Source: Callorhinchus milii
Taxonomy: Eukaryota
Assembly: GCF_018977255.1 (NCBI RefSeq)
Contig: NW_024704743.1
Coordinates: 72,480,001-72,544,000 of the forward strand
Direction: 5' to 3'
Length of the DNA: 64,000 nucleotides
This document shows, in pieces, positions 61,940 through 64,000 of the stretch. Position 1 is the first letter of the stretch. Every line of letters starts with the position of its first letter. The notes under the pieces were generated by a model. That model searched no databases. It saw only the letters and a program-made list of their open reading frames with translations, and was not told where the DNA came from. A program made the translations under genes and the position numbers.

Positions 61940-62560
61940 AGACGTGTATTTTCTTTATATCTGGATTGTGAATGACTGTGGTATGCTTACCGGTTCTATA
62001 TATCCGCTGCATTTACATTGCCGTGAAATTTTTCAATGTATTCATTCAGGCACTGAAGAGAGACTGCTGTCTAATCACTTCAAGTCACCAAACTTGTTTC
62101 CCTTGTCGTTTAGTTACGCACAAATCAAGTCAAAAATGAGCTATTCAAATTTTAAATTGCAAGATTAGCAAGAGATTTGTAAAATGATAAGACTGCTAAA
62201 TCCAAAAATGATTGCCTGTGACCAAAATAGTGTCTTTCATCCCCATTTTGGGATTGGCTGTTTCCTGAACCTCAGGTGAATCTTGCACACCAGAAGTTGC
62301 AATTAGTAACTCTAATCTGGTTTGCGAATATTACATTTTCCATTCTGACGCTGATTAAACATTGAAAAATTTCATGCAATCTTTACATTACATCAGCATT
62401 ACTTTTCAAAGCCAATAACCACACAGCTCTAGGTGGAACTGGATATTTTCCCCAGCGATTCTTACCATTGCCATTATTTAACTTGTTGTTTTCCTCTCTG
62501 CTTCATTGATACATCACTATCATTATGAGTCATATCATGGCATACCTGGGATCACTGTTT
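61940..62560 (+). pseudogene. Possible hAT relic, N-terminal region
   Basis: WIVNDCGMLTGSI (cf. WI..D..P.SIV), NHFKSPNLFPLSFSYAQIKSKM (cf. P.YK.PS..LS..LY...K.K), ACDQNS..FGIGCF. Confidence 0.4.
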
Positions 62561-62827
62561 TAAATTGTTTTAGACTCAGTGTAAAGGGTGTTTGTGCTCA
62601 TGGGAGTTGGGGGTACATTCATTCTAGGTGTTAGGCAAACACCAGATTAATTCAAGTATGACTGTTGTGGTGTAAACCGGATATTAGATGCAAAATTTTG
62701 AACAAGTCAATGCTTGCGCTTGACTTCTGTCAAACAGTAAAACACAATAAAGGATATGGAGAGAGAGTTGGAAAGTGGGATTACATTGAAATTTTTTTTA
62801 GAAAAATAGTGACATGATACAACAACT

Positions 62828-63222
62828 TAAAGATCCTCACCCTTGTATTCAAATCTCTCCACTCCTCCGCACCCTCCTACCTCTCTGACCTCCTCTCTCC
62901 TCAAAACAATACCCGTTGCCTTCGTTCCTCCAGGCTTTGCCTCTTCTTCATCCCCCGAGTCCTCTGCTCCACTCTCGGTGGCCGTGCCTTCAGCCACTAT
63001 GCCCCGAGACTCTGAAATTCCCTTCCTCACTCCCTTCGCCTCGTTCCCTCTCTTCCTATTTTCAGGTCTCTGCTGAAGACCTTTCTCTTTGACCGCATGT
63101 TTGGTCACCTTCCCCCCCCTCCCCCTGGCTCGGCCCCAGGATCCGTTACTGTAAAGCGCTCTGAGACGCCGTGCGGCGTGGAGGGCGCTATATAAATCTA
63201 AGTTGTTGTTGTTGTTGTTGAT
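62828..63222 (+). mobile_element. L2 LINE 3' fragment (divergent subfamily)
   Basis: KILTLVFKSLH..PSYLSDLL, GGRAFS; (ttg)n tail. Confidence 0.88.
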
Positions 63223-64000
63223 ATACTGACAGTGACATGTTGACTGCTCCCTTTGGTGCATAACTTTTCTGTTTCTATGCTATTGACAATGCCCTCTGCA
63301 GAAACCATAAACAGCAGATTATTGTTATCACAATACCTATGTGTAGCTGCTCAAATTTACTCATCTCTGTCAGTGACTTATCAAGTTATTGTTTTTGCTA
63401 ATGTCACTATCCCCACAGAAATCATTAATTTCTCCATCTCAAAGACAAGCCCTGATTGAATCACTGCAAGCAAAGACCGAATTAGACAATGTGTAGACGG
63501 ACAAAACAAGTATAATCTTCAGTGCTGAGAAGACCCAAGTAATAGCTCTAATAAGAATGTTGGACCATCGTGTTATACAACTACCTCTCTTTCTCCTCAG
63601 CTTTCAGTTTCTTGACTTGGTAGATCTATATCACATCTGATCTTTACTGGAACAAACTAATGGTAGCAATGGTAGAAAATGTTTGTGGCTACTTGTTCTC
63701 ATTGCCATTTATAGTCAAACCTGGCTTCAGCAACCACTGCGGGGACTGAGCCAATGTGGCATTAAGATAAAGGTGGCCTCTGTGCAAGGATTCATTGGTG
63801 TGCAAACTGGGCTTTTAACAGGGGCTGGTTGCTGAATGGAGATGGTTTCTTGAAGAGATTTGCCTTTAGTTTTTGCAAAGCCTATATATACACCCTGTGA
63901 TTAAATACAGTATTGTGGTCAGTTTGGCAGGCTGCAGTGAAAATCCATTTCTTCCTTATAATAATCCTTTCATTTGTTACAGTGCCTTTCATATCACCAG

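Overview
AT-rich eukaryotic DNA, most likely vertebrate. The repeat content (CR1 and L2 LINEs, Deu-domain tRNA SINEs of the SacSINE1 type, Penelope ends) suggests a cartilaginous fish, possibly a chimaera; this is an inference. I found no intact host protein-coding gene, rRNA, true tRNA or CRISPR array. Almost every long ORF in the track is an L2 or CR1 ORF2 fragment, a SINE read-through or an antisense frame. The main observation is that much of the apparently unique DNA between the retroelements translates, through stops and frameshifts, into hAT/ZBED-type transposase motifs in the expected order. This suggests a dense cluster of roughly ten or more ancient hAT relics on both strands, later fragmented by LINE and SINE insertions. 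These are by-eye motif matches in very decayed sequence and need frameshift-aware HMM confirmation. Other points of note are two Penelope-type minimal hammerhead ribozyme motifs, a Kolobok-like end associated with a local inverted duplication, a SINE lineage that appears to have switched its 3' tail to match the local L2, nested insertions and a 62-nt near-perfect hairpin. Most boundaries are approximate to within tens of bp.
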